DNA of 64,000 nucleotides from Macrostomum lignano. Lineage: Eukaryota. The translations under genes were made by a program, and so were the position numbers. Of this stretch, positions 16,680 to 42,889 are shown piece after piece. The stretch is from the NCBI GenBank assembly GCA_002269645.1, contig NIVC01000037.1, positions 682,001-746,000 on the forward strand, given 5' to 3'. Numbering within the stretch: position 1 is the first letter of the stretch; each line of letters begins with the position of its first letter. Below the pieces are notes generated by a model. The model was not told where the DNA came from. It made no database searches and was given only the letters and a program-made list of their open reading frames with translations.

Positions 16680-19387
16680 GGCTTTGTGAGCTTTCTTTGT
16701 AATTTTGTGTGTCATTCATGCTATATGATTCATGCCGTACATTTCAGACGTGTGCACTTAAACGCTTACACTAAGCTCACACAGATCAAGCTCTGAACCC
16801 ACGGCCCATATTTAAATTTTCCGGCAGGCTAATTTTGTATTGCTAGAATTTTTTTTTCGTAAAATCTTTGACTTTTTTGAAGGTGCCTATATGCTAAAAA
16901 ATCTTTTGTTAAACGACTAAGATCTTTGGTAAATAAGCTATATACGATCATTTTAGGTAAAACATATTGTAAACTTTGTTAATGTTAAATGTTTTTGCAA
17001 TTGACCATTCTGTCGGGAATATTTTGAAAGCCGCTTTCTCTGTCATTTTTGTTTCAGTGTCGGCGAAGTCCTCGGCGTGATCGTGCGCAGCTGCCATTGC
17101 ATAAGTTTAGAAGGTCTAGGTTCATTTGTAGACCTAAGAATAGTGAAAGCATAAATTGATCGTGGTTACATGATACATGTTCTTATTTAAGTTTAAATAA
17201 AGCTTAACTCTTTACATAGATCCTTCCTCAACTGAGCATGCCATAGGCCTAGTTAAAAATATAAATGAATAAGGCGGCAAGGCCTGGCCTAGGCTAGCAC
17301 GCCAGGTGCTCTCAATCTACCCATCCTAGCCATCTATTTATATATTTCATTAATACATTTGTATCCATTAAAGAAAGATGCGATAATGAATAGGTCTAGG
17401 CCTAGCCTTTTGTTTTCTGTATAATAGGCTTATATATTATAGGGGCAATGGCTGAAGTTCTAGCACTGGAACCATTTTTTAAGGGCTATGGATCCGGCAG
17501 TCTTCAGCTGACAGTTATCTACTAATGGAGTCTTTGAACATTAGAAGTATATTGTTTTGAATCTTATCATTTTGTGTGTCAAATGACAAATTTTTTATAT
17601 TGATGCAAAAACCTAGCATACAAATAAGGTCTCATCATTTTTTCTAGCATTAAACCTGGCATACACTAATATACAATCCAAACTATGGTCCCAATATTAC
17701 TATATTTCCATAGTTCCCATAACTATAGCTAGGCCTATAGTTTTAATTAAAAGTCTAGGTCTCTAGAAAACAAAATATTTTGAATCAAGAAAATAACTTG
17801 GTGCTTAAACAATTGCAAAAGTATAATCTATAAGTTTTTAAGTCTATAATAGTGATGGACCAAATGTAGATTTTTGTAAGTTTCCGAAACCAAATCCAAA
17901 TGTACAAAAAAGATCTGAATCCAAATATCCAAATATGTTTCCAAATGTAAAAGTAGTAAAAGGTAAATAATAGGAGTAACTATGATACCTTTCAATGATA
18001 AAAATGCCTTATCTTCTAATTAGTAATCATATTAGTGGTATACATAAATTTACTAACAAGATTCAGTCTATCTTGGGCTTATACTATATCTATCTAGTTT
18101 CTGAATTAAATTGAACTTATAATTAAACTTAATTCTTATATATCTAATCTAACTAATTTCAATTATTAATACTAGCTGACATATTATGTTCGTGCAATTT
18201 GATAAGTTTATTATGTGCATGTGCACATCAAATTCGAAAGTCTTGCATTTGCATTTTGAAAAAAACAAAATAATGATTACCTAAAAATGCTTTTGCAACT
18301 TTAGGTTAAATGCCTCAAAGGTCACAAAGTTGAGTAACTTTACTTAATAACACTTTAAAAATAGATGCTACTACAAAAATAGACAATTGTAAAAATGAAC
18401 AATATGGCATTAAATTTTGCATTCTTATTTTTTTATTTTCGTTTGTCAAGTTTGTATTTTGTTTACATTTGCATAATTTTGTTCTGGTTTTTATGATTTT
18501 TTTCATATTTAGAAGCACATTTAAAAATTTGGAAAATAAAATTTCCAAATCTGAAACATTTGGATCCATTAATAGTCTATAGTTTTACTAAAGTATCTTT
18601 GTTTTATTCCACTTGTTTCTAATATTTTTTTTTTTTAATTAATAACTATAGCTTTGGGAATCTATGGAATGTGACAACAACTACCATATTTCTATAGCCA
18701 TAAGAGTAGCTATCTATTGTAGACATATCCATAGTTGCCACAGGCACCTATAATATAATAAAAATATAATTTTATTATATATCATAAAATCTTACAGCCA
18801 AAGCTACAGTAGAACACTATCAAAACACCAGTAAGAAAAAAGTCTCCATCCAGGGAATGACAAAAGTTCACCTAGAATAAAAAAAGCTAAAAGCAATACA
18901 TTATCTTTTTAATATAGACAATATAAGTTTGCTTATTAAATTTCATTTATTAAATGAATCAAATGATTTGTATCCTTTTAATCTTATGGGCTTGTTTTTA
19001 TTAGATTTATTTTCAATATAATTTTGAGCAAAAATGAAGACAAAAATAAAGTGGTTGCTAATCTGATAGATCTGCTTCTAAAAATCAAATGGCATTTTTA
19101 TAGCTTTACAAACTGTTTATGTATTGTTTTACTTTTAAAAAGACAAAGTTATTCAGTTGCTTTAAAATAATGGCCTTTTGCTTTGATATATAGTTGTTCT
19201 ATCATTATCTACAGTATTTCTGGTTAAACTAATCTAGTGACTATGAAAATAACATAATTTTGTCATTATAATATAATAATCAAATATAGTTGGATATAAT
19301 GTTAAAATGCTAGATACTAGACTTTTCATCATAGAATAAATCATCAATCTGTTTGGTTCACTTTTCATGCCAAGTCAATCAGCCACC

Positions 19388-19873
19388 ATGTCTGACAACA
19401 CTGAATCCCAGGCAACTGTTCCTGATGTTGAAAATGTTAATGAGCAGCCTACAACAGACAAGGTTGAGGTTGAAGCTACGCAGGAAAGTGTTGCTAAGGA
19501 GACAGAGAAGGAAGCAACTGTTGAATCAAAGACTGAAGAAGAGCCAGCTCAGAATGGTGATGCTGAAGCAGCTAAGAATGGTGAAGCTGAGCCTGCTACT
19601 GACAATGGCAAGGTGGAAGAGACCACAGAAGCTGAGGATAATAGCGAATCAACCACAACTCGAAAGCGCAAGGCCAGCGACAACAATGCAGCTGCCACTG
19701 ACGCTACTGAGGAGAAGCGTCCAGCTGCTGAAGTCACCGAGGAGGCTGAGGCTGGTGGTGTTCATCCCGATGCCGATATGCCTCTGCCTGAAGGAGCTGG
19801 CGATGCCGAGTCTGCTGGCATCAAGGCTAAGACAGTCGAGGAGGTGCAAGCCGGCTCGGCGGCTACGGCCTAA
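19388..19873 (+). CDS. Small acidic intrinsically disordered protein (161 aa), prothymosin/parathymosin-like
   Basis: Perfect gccaccATG context preceded by an acceptor-like AG. Coding-like GC content within AT-rich flanks. E/D/A/T-rich with no aromatic or Cys residues. Starts MSD, has repeated NG motifs and an RKRK...KRP basic cluster. Confidence 0.75.
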   Translation: MSDNTESQATVPDVENVNEQPTTDKVEVEATQESVAKETEKEATVESKTEEEPAQNGDAEAAKNGEAEPATDNGKVEETTEAEDNSESTTTRKRKASDNNAAATDATEEKRPAAEVTEEAEAGGVHPDADMPLPEGAGDAESAGIKAKTVEEVQAGSAATA

Positions 19874-21176
19874 ACACCTTCACCTCTAATATCTACCTGT
19901 CAGCACGATAAATAAGGATGGCTTTTTATCATTACGTAACTTGTGGCTATGTGTTTTCTATTGTCTACAATCTCGTTTAATTTTTAAATCGGTTTGCCCT
20001 TCACCATTTCCTGTATTATTTCTGAGCAATCTAAGCTCACCAAATTTGCCACTTTTTCCACTAAACAGGTTTTTAAAGCAGCTGAAAAATCCAATGTTTC
20101 TCTATTTTGTGCAATATTTAACTTGCTGTTCAAAATTCAACAAAAGCCTAGGTTAGTTGGTTTTTTGTTACAGAAAGCTATTTGAGTCCCAACCCTGGTT
20201 TTTCAACAGTTCGTTGTCAAATTATGTTTTGGCTGTTTTTGTAACTTTTTCTTCGTATTTAATAATTAACTGTTATTAATTACTATTAGCTGTACCAGTG
20301 AAGTATTTTATAGTCCATAGATTAATGACATTGTAGGTTTGAAGCGACGCAGTGTTTAAACTATAGCATAATCAACTCTGAAGGTCAGAAGAGCCTCAGT
20401 ATGCTGTTTTGAGCAGCATACTCGAAAGCTAAAGAAAGCCGTTTTTAGTGTTTAGATGTGCCGGCTCTGCGTCCTTTTTATCTACAATATTGTGCTGCTT
20501 TTTATATTAGTCATACGATGGCAACTAGCTTATTAATTAATTGTTTTAATTTGTCTCGCATTTAGATAATATTTATTTATTAATATCGATAATATCAATC
20601 AGGTTGAATTTTTAGTAGTTTATAATAATTTAAGCAAATAAGAAAATCAAAACACCTGCGAGGCAGTCTTTAAAGTAATGCTTGATTTATTAATATATGG
20701 AAAACACTTTAGTTAGGCTAACATATCCATTCGTTCCATTTTCTCGTTTTTTCCGAACACGAATGCCAATTGCAATCAACAGCTTTTCTTATGTCCACTG
20801 CCCACCGGTTCAAATAATTATAATAACTTTTATGTTGTGTTGTTTCCAAGTCTAGTGAGCAACGAATGGCCACCAGTCCGGATCATTCAAATTATCTCGC
20901 ATTCAAGTTTTACAATGCTCCTTTTAATGCTTTTTAATAACTTAAAATATTTGTCATACTGTTGTTTTTCTAATCTTTGCAACAAAAATACATTTCTAAT
21001 CGGTTAATTTGAAGTTCTCCCCAAGCTTCTGTTGTTCTTCGCATGTGAAATGTGGACTGGGTGTTGGTTTTCAAGTCTTCAATGCAGTTATTTTGGCTTT
21101 ATGGCATTTCAGTGAAATTAAAACAATTAAAGAAATTACCTGGTATATCAAATAATGAAATTAAATAAGAAGTTAA

Positions 21177-21370
21177 GGGGTTGTAGCCTAGTGGTTAGAG
21201 CGTCGGACTCACGACCTGAAGGTCGGGGGTTCGATTCCCGACCCACTGGGGAATTTGTGTCTTATAAAGACACGACTCTGCATTCATTCAGTTCACCCAG
21301 CTGTAAAATGGGTGCCAGCATTAGCTAGAGTAATTGAGGGTGTGTGTGGCAACCCCCCTCCAGTCCTTGG
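21177..21370 (+). mobile_element. tRNA-derived SINE
   Basis: A box tagcctagtgg and B box ggttcgattcc. Acceptor and anticodon stems are imperfect. A conserved body (cacccagctgtaaaatgggtgccagcattagct) is shared with 5950-6137. Confidence 0.8.
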
Positions 21371-21481
21371 ACTGAACAGCCGTACGTAGCCTTCAGATGC
21401 TGCAGCAGGCAATAGCTGCGGCTGAGCTGTCGGCTGCACATCTGGCCCAATTGGGGCAGGTGTAATCAATTATTTTATTAA

Positions 21482-24400
21482 CAGTAGAACTACCAAGAGG
21501 GGGGGAAAAATTTTCCCCCCCCCCTGACAATTTTTTTTGCTGCGCCGGAACGGAGCAACGCAGGCACACGAAATTCAAGAACACGGGCTAACTTCTTGTT
21601 GCGCACCTTCTCAAACAAGAATCAAGTCGCCAACCCTCCGGACCGTCGAGATATTCGACGATTCTGCCAGAAGGTCGGATTTTTCCCATAAGCGCTAGTG
21701 TATTCAGTACACCCCTGTGCGCCAATTAGCACTGCGCCTCAGTGCAGCCTTGCCAAGTCTCCAAATTTCATCAGCACGTCGACCAAATGTGTCTGCATCA
21801 GCTCTGACTTCGTTGGTTACTGGCCTTCACCGAGACGGAGCTTCTAGACCTTCAACAGGTGGCACCAGGTGACTATGAACACCTTGATGCGAATTTCTCG
21901 AGTTTCACCGATCAAGCCTCGACAGTAGGCAAGCCTCAACTGCCGGACACCCTCAGCTAGTCTCCTGAGCATTCCGTCATCATCCCGACACCGTCGGCTC
22001 CTTCAACAGGTGGCATCAGGTGACTATGGACGTCCTTTTGCAACTATGTCAGGTCTTTCTTATCAAGCTTCAATAATGAGCAAACCTCAACCGACGGACA
22101 TTGTCAGCTAGTCTCTCAAGCATTCCGTCATCATCCCGACGCCGTCGGCTCCTTCAACAGATGACACCAAGTGACTATGGACACCCTGATGCGAATTTCT
22201 CTAGTTTCGCCGATCAAGCCTCGACAGTAGGCAAGCCTCAACTGCTCGACACCTTCAGCTAGTCTCCTAAGCATTCCGTCATCATCCCGACGCCGTCGGC
22301 TCCTTCAACAGATGACACCAAGTGACTATGGACACCCTGATGCGAATTTCTCTAGTTTCGCCGATCAAGCCTCGACAGTAGGCAAGCCTCAACTGCTGGA
22401 CACCCTCAGCTAGTCTCCTGAGCATTCCGTCATCATCCCGACACCGTCGGCTCCTTCAACAGGTGGCATCAGGTGACTATGGACGTCCTTTTGCAACTAT
22501 TTCAGGTCTTTCTAATCAAGCTTCAATAATGAGCAAACCTCAACCGACGGACATTGTCAGCTAGTCTCTCGAGCATTCCGTCATCATCCCGACGCCGTCA
22601 GCTCCTTCAACAGATTACACCAGGGACTATGGACAGCCTGATAAGAATTTCTCTAGTTTCGCCGATCAAGCCTCGACAGTAGGCAAGCCTCAACTGCTCG
22701 ACACCTTCAGCTAGTCTCCTAAGCATTCCGTCATCATCCCGACGCCGTCGGCTCCTTCAACAGATGACACCAAGTGACTATGGACACCCTGATGCGAATT
22801 TCTCTAGTTTCGCCGATCAAGCCTCGACAGTAGGCAAGCCTCAACTGCTCGACACCTTCAGCTAGTCTCCTAAGCATTCCGTCATCATCCCGACGCCGTC
22901 GGCTCCTTCAACAGATGACACCAAGTGACTATGGACACCCTGATGCGAATTTCTCTAGTTTCGCCGATCAAGCCTCGACAGTAGGCAAGCCTCAACTGCT
23001 GGACACCCTCAGCTAGTCTCCTGAGCATTCCGTCATCATCCCGACACCGTCGGCTCCTTCAACAGGTGGCATCAGGTGACTATGGACGTCCTTTTGCAAC
23101 TATGTCAGGTCTTTCTTATCAAGCTTCAATAATGAGCAAACCTCAACCGACGGACATTGTCAGCTAGTCTCTCAAGCATTCCGTCATCATCCCGACGCCG
23201 TCGGCTCCTTCAACAGATGACACCAAGTGACTATGGACACCCTGATGCGAATTTCTCTAGTTTCGCCGATCAAGCCTCGACAGTAGGCAAGCCTCAACTG
23301 CTGGACACCTTCAGCTAGTCTCCTAAGCATTCCGTCATCACCCGACGCCGTCGGCACCTTCAACAGGTGGCACCAGGGGAGTAAGGACACCTGAGCGTGA
23401 TTTTTCATCATGCTCTTAACATTTCTGAAGCTCTCAAAATTTTTAAAGCACGGAAATTGCTATAGTTAAGCTTGAACTCATGTTGCTGTATATTTATATT
23501 ATTATTACACATACTTTTATGCATACGAGCTACATACATATTTTATTCGAAAAGCTGTTTAGTTTATTCAACTATAATATTGAACCGAATTTTTATGCAG
23601 AAAGGGTTATGCTTATAAGAAGCCAGTAAATTCAATCCGTTTTTTTTATTTTATAATGATTCAGAAATGTTAAGAGCATGATGAAAAATCACGCTCAGGT
23701 GTCCTTACTCCCCTGGTGCCACCTGTTGAAGGTGCCGACGGCGTCGGGGTGATGGCTAAATGCTTGACTGACTAGCTGAGGATGTCCAGCAGTTGATTTT
23801 TGCCCACTATCGAGGCTTGATCGGCAAAACTAGAGAAATTCTTATCAGGCTGTCCATAGTCCCTGGTGTAATCTGTTGAAGGAGCTGACGGCGTCGGGAT
23901 GATGACGGAATGCTCGAGAGACTAGCTGACAATGTCCGTCGGTTGAGGTTTGCTCATTATTGAAGCTTGATTAGAAAGACCTGAAATAGTTGCAAAAGGA
24001 CGTCCATAGTCACCTGATGCCACCTGTTGAAGGAGCCGACGGTGTCGGGATGATGACGGAATGCTCAGGAGACTAGCTGAGGGTGTCCAGCAGTTGAGGC
24101 TTGCCTACTGTCGAGGCTTGATCGGCGAAACTAGAGAAATTCGCATCAGGGTGTCCATAGTCACTTGGTGTCATCTGTTGAAGGAGCCGACGGCGTCGGG
24201 ATGATGACGGAATGCTTAGGAGACTAGCTGAAGGTGTCGAGCAGTTGAGGCTTGCCTACTGTCGAGGCTTGATCGGCGAAACTAGAGAAATTCGCATCAG
24301 GGTGTCCATAGTCACTTGGTGTCATCTGTTGAAGGAGCCGACGGCGTCGGGATGATGACGGAATGCTTGAGAGACTAGCTGACAATGTCCGTCGGTTGAG

Positions 24401-25029
24401 GTTTGCTCATTATTGAAGCTTGATAAGAAAGACCTGACATAGTTGCAAAAGGACGTCCATAGTCACCTGATGCCACCTGTTGAAGGAGCCGACGGTGTCG
24501 GGATGATGACGGAATGCTCAGGAGACTAGCTGAGGGTGTCCGGCAGTTGAGGCTTGCCTACTGTCGAGGCTTGATCGGTGAAACTCGAGAAATTCGCATC
24601 AAGGTGTTCATAGTCACCTGGTGCCACCTGTTGAAGGTCTAGAAGCTCCGTCTCGGTGAAGGCCAGTAACCAACGAAGTCAGAGCTGATGCAGACACATT
24701 TGGTCGACGTGCTGATGAAATTTGGAGACTTGGCAAGGCTGCACTGAGGCGCAGTGCTAATTGGCGCACAGGGGTGTACTGAATACACTAGCGCTTATGG
24801 GAAAAATCCGACCTTCTGGCAGAATCGTCGAATATCTCGACGGTCCGGAGGGTTGGCGACTTGATTCTTGTTTGAGAAGGTGCGCAACAAGAAGTTAGCC
24901 CGTGTTCTTGAATTTCGTGTGCCTGCGTTGCTCCGTTCCGGCGCAGCAAAAAAAATTGTCAGGGGGGGGGAAATTTTCCCCCCCTCTTGGTAGTTCGACG
25001 GGCGGAAAAATGGCTTGGTATTCCTACTG
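21482..25029. mobile_element. 3.5-kb foldback element: long inverted arms built of ~151-bp tandem units, a 230-bp AT-rich spacer, and TTAA on both flanks
   Basis: Left arm 21482-23429 is the reverse complement of right arm 23660-25029. Ends are ttaa|cagtag ... ctactg|ttaa. No transposase ORF is seen. Confidence 0.88.
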
Positions 25030-25805
25030 TTAATTAGTCAAATTAAGGATTGCGACAAGAATTTAATCAGTTAGTTTATGATCTTCAAAAAGCACGTATA
25101 TTAAAGTATATTAATTTATTTAAACGTGATTGTGTAAGCCTCTCATATTAACTACAGAATTGGTTTAGTCATTGCGAAAAAAGCGTTTAAAAATCATTTC
25201 TTGTGACAAATAGATTAAAATCTCACTTTGGGATCTTTCGAAAAGAAAATGAGGTCAAAATATGAACAAAAACAAGAGAGAATGTTGCAAAATTCCATTG
25301 CACATTTCGCATACAGGTAGGTATTAAAATCAATAGTTTCAAATAATAATCTTATTAGTTTCAGGTGCATTTATTCATACTCTCTTATACAAATCCGACT
25401 TTGATACAATTTATAAGCAATTGCAATTGGTAACATTCTTAACCAGGGGCTTTTATTACAGTCCAGCCATGGGTCACTCCATTCAGCGAATATAATGCTA
25501 ATTAAGCAAAGTATAGCATATTTATAATACTATACTGAACACTGGGACAATTGTCTCGATTCGGTACAGAAAGGTCCTGCTAAGCTCCTGAAATGACTAA
25601 ACAGCATGGCGAAATACGAGTAGTGTAGACTTTTACGAACAACAGTAAAAAACTTTATAATGCTCAGATTAACATATAGTTGCAACTCTTTAAATGATGT
25701 TCAATTCGTACAGAATGTATATGGGTTTCACAATTAATCTGTCTATGCAGACTAAATAAAACTGTAAATTCAGTCTTAAGCGGCCGTCTTGGTCAGGCAG
25801 GGTGA

Positions 25806-38671
<12,866 letters not shown>

Positions 38672-39569
38672 CTCGGTTTTAAAGTTTTATTTTTAGAAGC
38701 TGGCACAGTCTGAAAAAGTTGAAACCATTGTTTGATTCATTGATTTCTACTAAAAGTAGCAAGGCTATACGTCGAGAAATGTAGTTAGAGTCTTGGAAAT
38801 TTATTATTCAAATTCAACCTGATAAATTAAAGTTAGCGACAAGGACTTCTAGACTAGACTAGTTAGTCTAGAAGTCCTTGGTTAACGATTGCCACTCGCA
38901 CCAAATCATGGTTGTATATGTTTGTTTTTAACTGTATCGAAGATCAATCGTTAGCTACATGAGCAAATTTGTTATTGCATGGCTTTGACCTTCAACTAAT
39001 CTCTGCACTTGTTTACTTGTGCACATTGATAGTGGATCCCAGCTCTCAGCAGCTAAATCCTGAGCTAGCTATAGAGATCTCTGCAACTCTCAGCTAGATC
39101 CCAGCTCCCAGGAAAGTTCGTAATTCATGAGTCGGCATGTGTCCAACAGCACACGAGGAAACAAGTAAAAATTGTAATCCCTCCTGAGCACCCGTAATAA
39201 CAACTTCTACCAACGGAAACTTTTCCTGAGAGCGAATTCGACTTAATCCCTGAGAATCAAAGCCGGGAGATTAGACGACAAGTTTTTATTTTCCATTTCT
39301 AACGCGAAAGTTTTAGCACTTTCGTGAAAGAGCTACGAGTCTTCCTGAAGCGACTTCAGAACTAAGAATGACTAGCCTAACAGAATCAGTTCACATAAGG
39401 ACGTAAATAACTTTAGCTTCGTGGAACCATAAAGTCTACAATATGTATGCGTTCAGAAAAATCTAGGTTTGTTTCCTTTTGTCACTATAGAAATTCATGA
39501 TTTAATTTCAGGACGAAACCATACACAGCTGTTTAAAACTCATTGTGTCTCAACAACACTTCGCAAAGT

Positions 39570-39702
39570 CAAAATGTCACATCGTCAAAATGTCACATCG
39601 TCAAAATGCCACATCGTCAAAATGTCACATCGTCAAAATGACACATTGTCAAAATGTCACATCGTCAAAATGTCACATTGTCAAAATTTCACATCGTCAA
39701 AA
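39570..39702. repeat. 16-bp tandem repeat (caaaatgtcacatcgt)
   Basis: About 8 copies visible. Confidence 0.9.
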
Positions 39703-40421
39703 TCGATTATTATTAATCTCTAAACTAGATGTCCTATTATTCAGGAATAATCTTTCCTGTCCAGAGTAGTAATATATAATGTAACTATTAGTTAAAGACA
39801 ATAAAATTTTGGTGTTAACGATGACCTTTCGAAGTCTGTAAAGCGAACTCTAACCATATATGCTTTCCGATTATCTTGGAATTTGAATTGAAAGTAAAAA
39901 AAATTGAATCGAACTGCTATCGTCGGATTTGGGTTTCTATTGCAGTAATTCGCATAGTTATATAAGACTGTATGAAACCTCAAGTATGGGATATGTGGGA
40001 TAAAAAGATAGAGATTTAACAAGGCAGAAAGTCTCCCAATGGACTCTCCCAGAGTTCTATCTTATTACTCGCAGTTCAGCTGCCCGGGGGGCAAATGGCC
40101 GAGTAAAATGCGCGAAGAAGGCGGCGATGACTCGAAAGCTGGGAGTGCCGTGAAGCCCCTGTTGCTGGGGGTGAATTTGCATACAGGGAATCCCGCTGAG
40201 CACTGAGGCGAATTAAAACGGAATTTGGCAGCCCATTGCGCTTTTTCTCTCCTCGAATCTTTTTATATTTTTCCCAGCTATTGAAGCCTTATTAGCTCGT
40301 ATATCTGAAGGGCTTTGAAAGAAGCAGGCCCGGCTCTGCGTGCTCAATTTGCTTGAACTGCGCGCAGCTGCGTCAGCACTGATCGAACTACATCAGTTCT
40401 ACATCAGTGTCCCAGTGTCCA

Positions 40422-41372
40422 CTGTGTCCCATGCAGATGACTCAACAGATAATCTCATAGTGTCCCATGCAGATAACTCAACAGATAATCTCATAGTGTC
40501 TCATGGAGATGACTCAACAGATAATCTCACAGTGTCCCATGCAGATAACTCAACAGATAATCTCATAGTGTCTCATGGAGATGACTCAACAGATAATCTC
40601 ACAGTGTCCCATGCAGATGACTCAACAGATAATCTCATAGTGTCCCATGCAGATGACTCAACAGATAATCTCATAGTGTCCCATGCAGATGACTCAACAG
40701 ATAATCTCATAGTGTCCCATGCAGATGACTCAACAGATAATCAATCAATAATAACCAATCTCCCAGCCTCCCAATCTCCCAGCCTCCAAATCTCCCAGCC
40801 TCCAAATCTCCCAGCCTCCCAATCTCCCAGCCTCCCAATCTCCCAGCCTCCCAATCTCCCAGCCTCACAATCTCACAGCCTCCCAATCCCACAGCCTCCC
40901 AATCTCACAGCCTCCCAATCTCCCAGCCTCCCAATCTCACAGCCTCCCAATCTCACAGCCTCCCAATCTCACACCCTCCCAATCCCATAGCCTTCCAATC
41001 TCACAGCCTTCCAATCTCACAGCCTCCCAATATCACAGCCTCCCAATCTCACAGCCTTCCAATCTCACAGCCTTCCAATCTCACAGCCTCCCAATCTCAC
41101 AGCCTTCCAATCTCACAGCCCCCCAATCTCACAGCCTCCCAATCTCACAGCCTCCCAATCTCCCAGCCTCCCAATCTCACAGCCTCCCAATCTCACAGCC
41201 TCCCAATCTCACAGCCTCCCAATCTCCCAGCCTTCCAATCTCACAGCCTCCCAATCTCACAGCCTTCCAATCTCACAGCCTCCCAATCTCACAGCCTCCC
41301 AATCTCACAGCCTCCCAATCTCACAGCCTCCCAATCTCACAGCCTCCCAATCTCACAGCCTCCCAGCCTCCC
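40422..41372. repeat. Adjacent 36-bp (gtgtcccatgcagatgactcaacagataatctcata) and 16-bp (cagcctcccaatctca) tandem arrays
   Basis: Directly visible. They explain ORF 40340-40990. Confidence 0.95.
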
Positions 41373-42889
41373 TATCTCTCAGTATTTTTGCTCTCCATCT
41401 GGTCACTCCTATTTGAAATACCGCAATCTCAATTCTCTCTCATCATAGGAGCATTGCTCCAATCTCGTCCATTCTTCCGTCCGCTCCCAACTCGCCCACA
41501 GCTTGAAGTTCTGCCTTCAACTTGCAGCAGCATGTTGGACACGCGATCTCTAGAGCCATTGATTCGCTCGCATGAAAACGCAATTGCCAAGCTGCGCCAG
41601 GAGGTTGCGCAGATCTGCAGTTGCTGGGCCGCTTGGCAATGCAAACTTCGTCCGATTGTCTGATTTACGCTCGTACTTACTGTGTACGCCATGCATGCGG
41701 CTTGTGTGAAGTCTGGACTGGCTAATCGTTAAACCTGATGCGCCATTCTACCCATTCTATAGCCCCAGCTAGCACAAGTTTCCACATACACTCCGCACCT
41801 TGCCAAATCCACCCACCAAATTTATAGCCTCACCTCCCACCTTTCCCGGCATCTGACTATGGGCTGATGAGGAGGTACTGAATCATGCATCTGGAATTTT
41901 CTAATGTATAAATCTGCTGTTTCCGTTGCGTATGTATACAGTAAAGCAATTTCTCTTAAAAGGTAATATAATTGAAACTATAAAGTGAGAATCTCACTTA
42001 AAAAAGGAGCTGATGAAGTGGATAGCATCCGACTAATCTGGCAATTTAATGTTCACTCCTTGTTGGCTCAGAGGAGCATCGCGTGAGAGGCTGGGGGGGC
42101 AGAGACGGATAGACGGGATGAGACAGTGAGGGAGGCTGAGCAGCTGCCACATCTCTTCTCCATAAAATAGGATGATGAAAAGTAAAGAGAAGAAGCGACA
42201 GTGGAAAGATTTCTGGAAGAGGAAGCGGAGGCAAAGAGATGATGAGAAGAAGCTGCATGCAGTGCTCTCCGCACCGAGGAGGGGCGGCGGCGGAAAGTGG
42301 GACGGGTGCGGCTTATCCAGAATCAGCGCACGGATTGTGTGTCACGGGCGCGTATAAAATCCGCTCGGATTATCCGACCAAGGAAGTCTCAGCCGGTTCT
42401 GGGGGGGGGGGGGAGGGAAGCAGAAATTAATTGGAACGGTAAGGAAGGAAGGAAGGAAAGAAAGAAGCGCGCCTTCTGGACATTTTGTCGGCAGTAGGTG
42501 GCTGGCTACGAATGCAAGAATTTCCACTATAGGATGAAAACTGCTTGCCAAAACACACGGCCAGGCGCTGCTTCTAAAGGAAATGAAGGCGGGATATCCT
42601 TGTTTGATACGCGTACCAGAGATATTTCTGCACGGCTGAAATTGGCACTGACGATGTGACGATGACAGGCCCGAAACTGAACTCGAGACCAGACCGAAGT
42701 GTCAGGATGAGGAGGAGGTTGGCTACCTTTCTTCAAGATTGACATTATGCTTCGGCCGTTCCTGGTCTACAAATAGCTTACCTTGTTTTGATGCAGGGCA
42801 GATTTTTTAAATTACTTCAGTAATATATTGTATCATATTTTTATACATGTATCAGCGATTGATCAGAAACCTCGATTAGAAAAAGAATA

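Noticed and set aside
20395-20425. 9-bp hairpin agtatgctg/cagcatact downstream of the acidic gene
   Set aside because: A single short stem with no snoRNA, SECIS or histone stem-loop motifs; compatible with chance.
21177-21250. Apparent tRNA-Val(CAC) gene
   Set aside because: The stems are mismatched, and the sequence continues into a body shared with a second diverged copy at 5950-6137, so it is a SINE head.
21840-24640. CRISPR-like repeat/spacer appearance of the ~151-bp units
   Set aside because: The spacers are two recurring types rather than unique sequences, the context is eukaryotic, and no cas genes are present.
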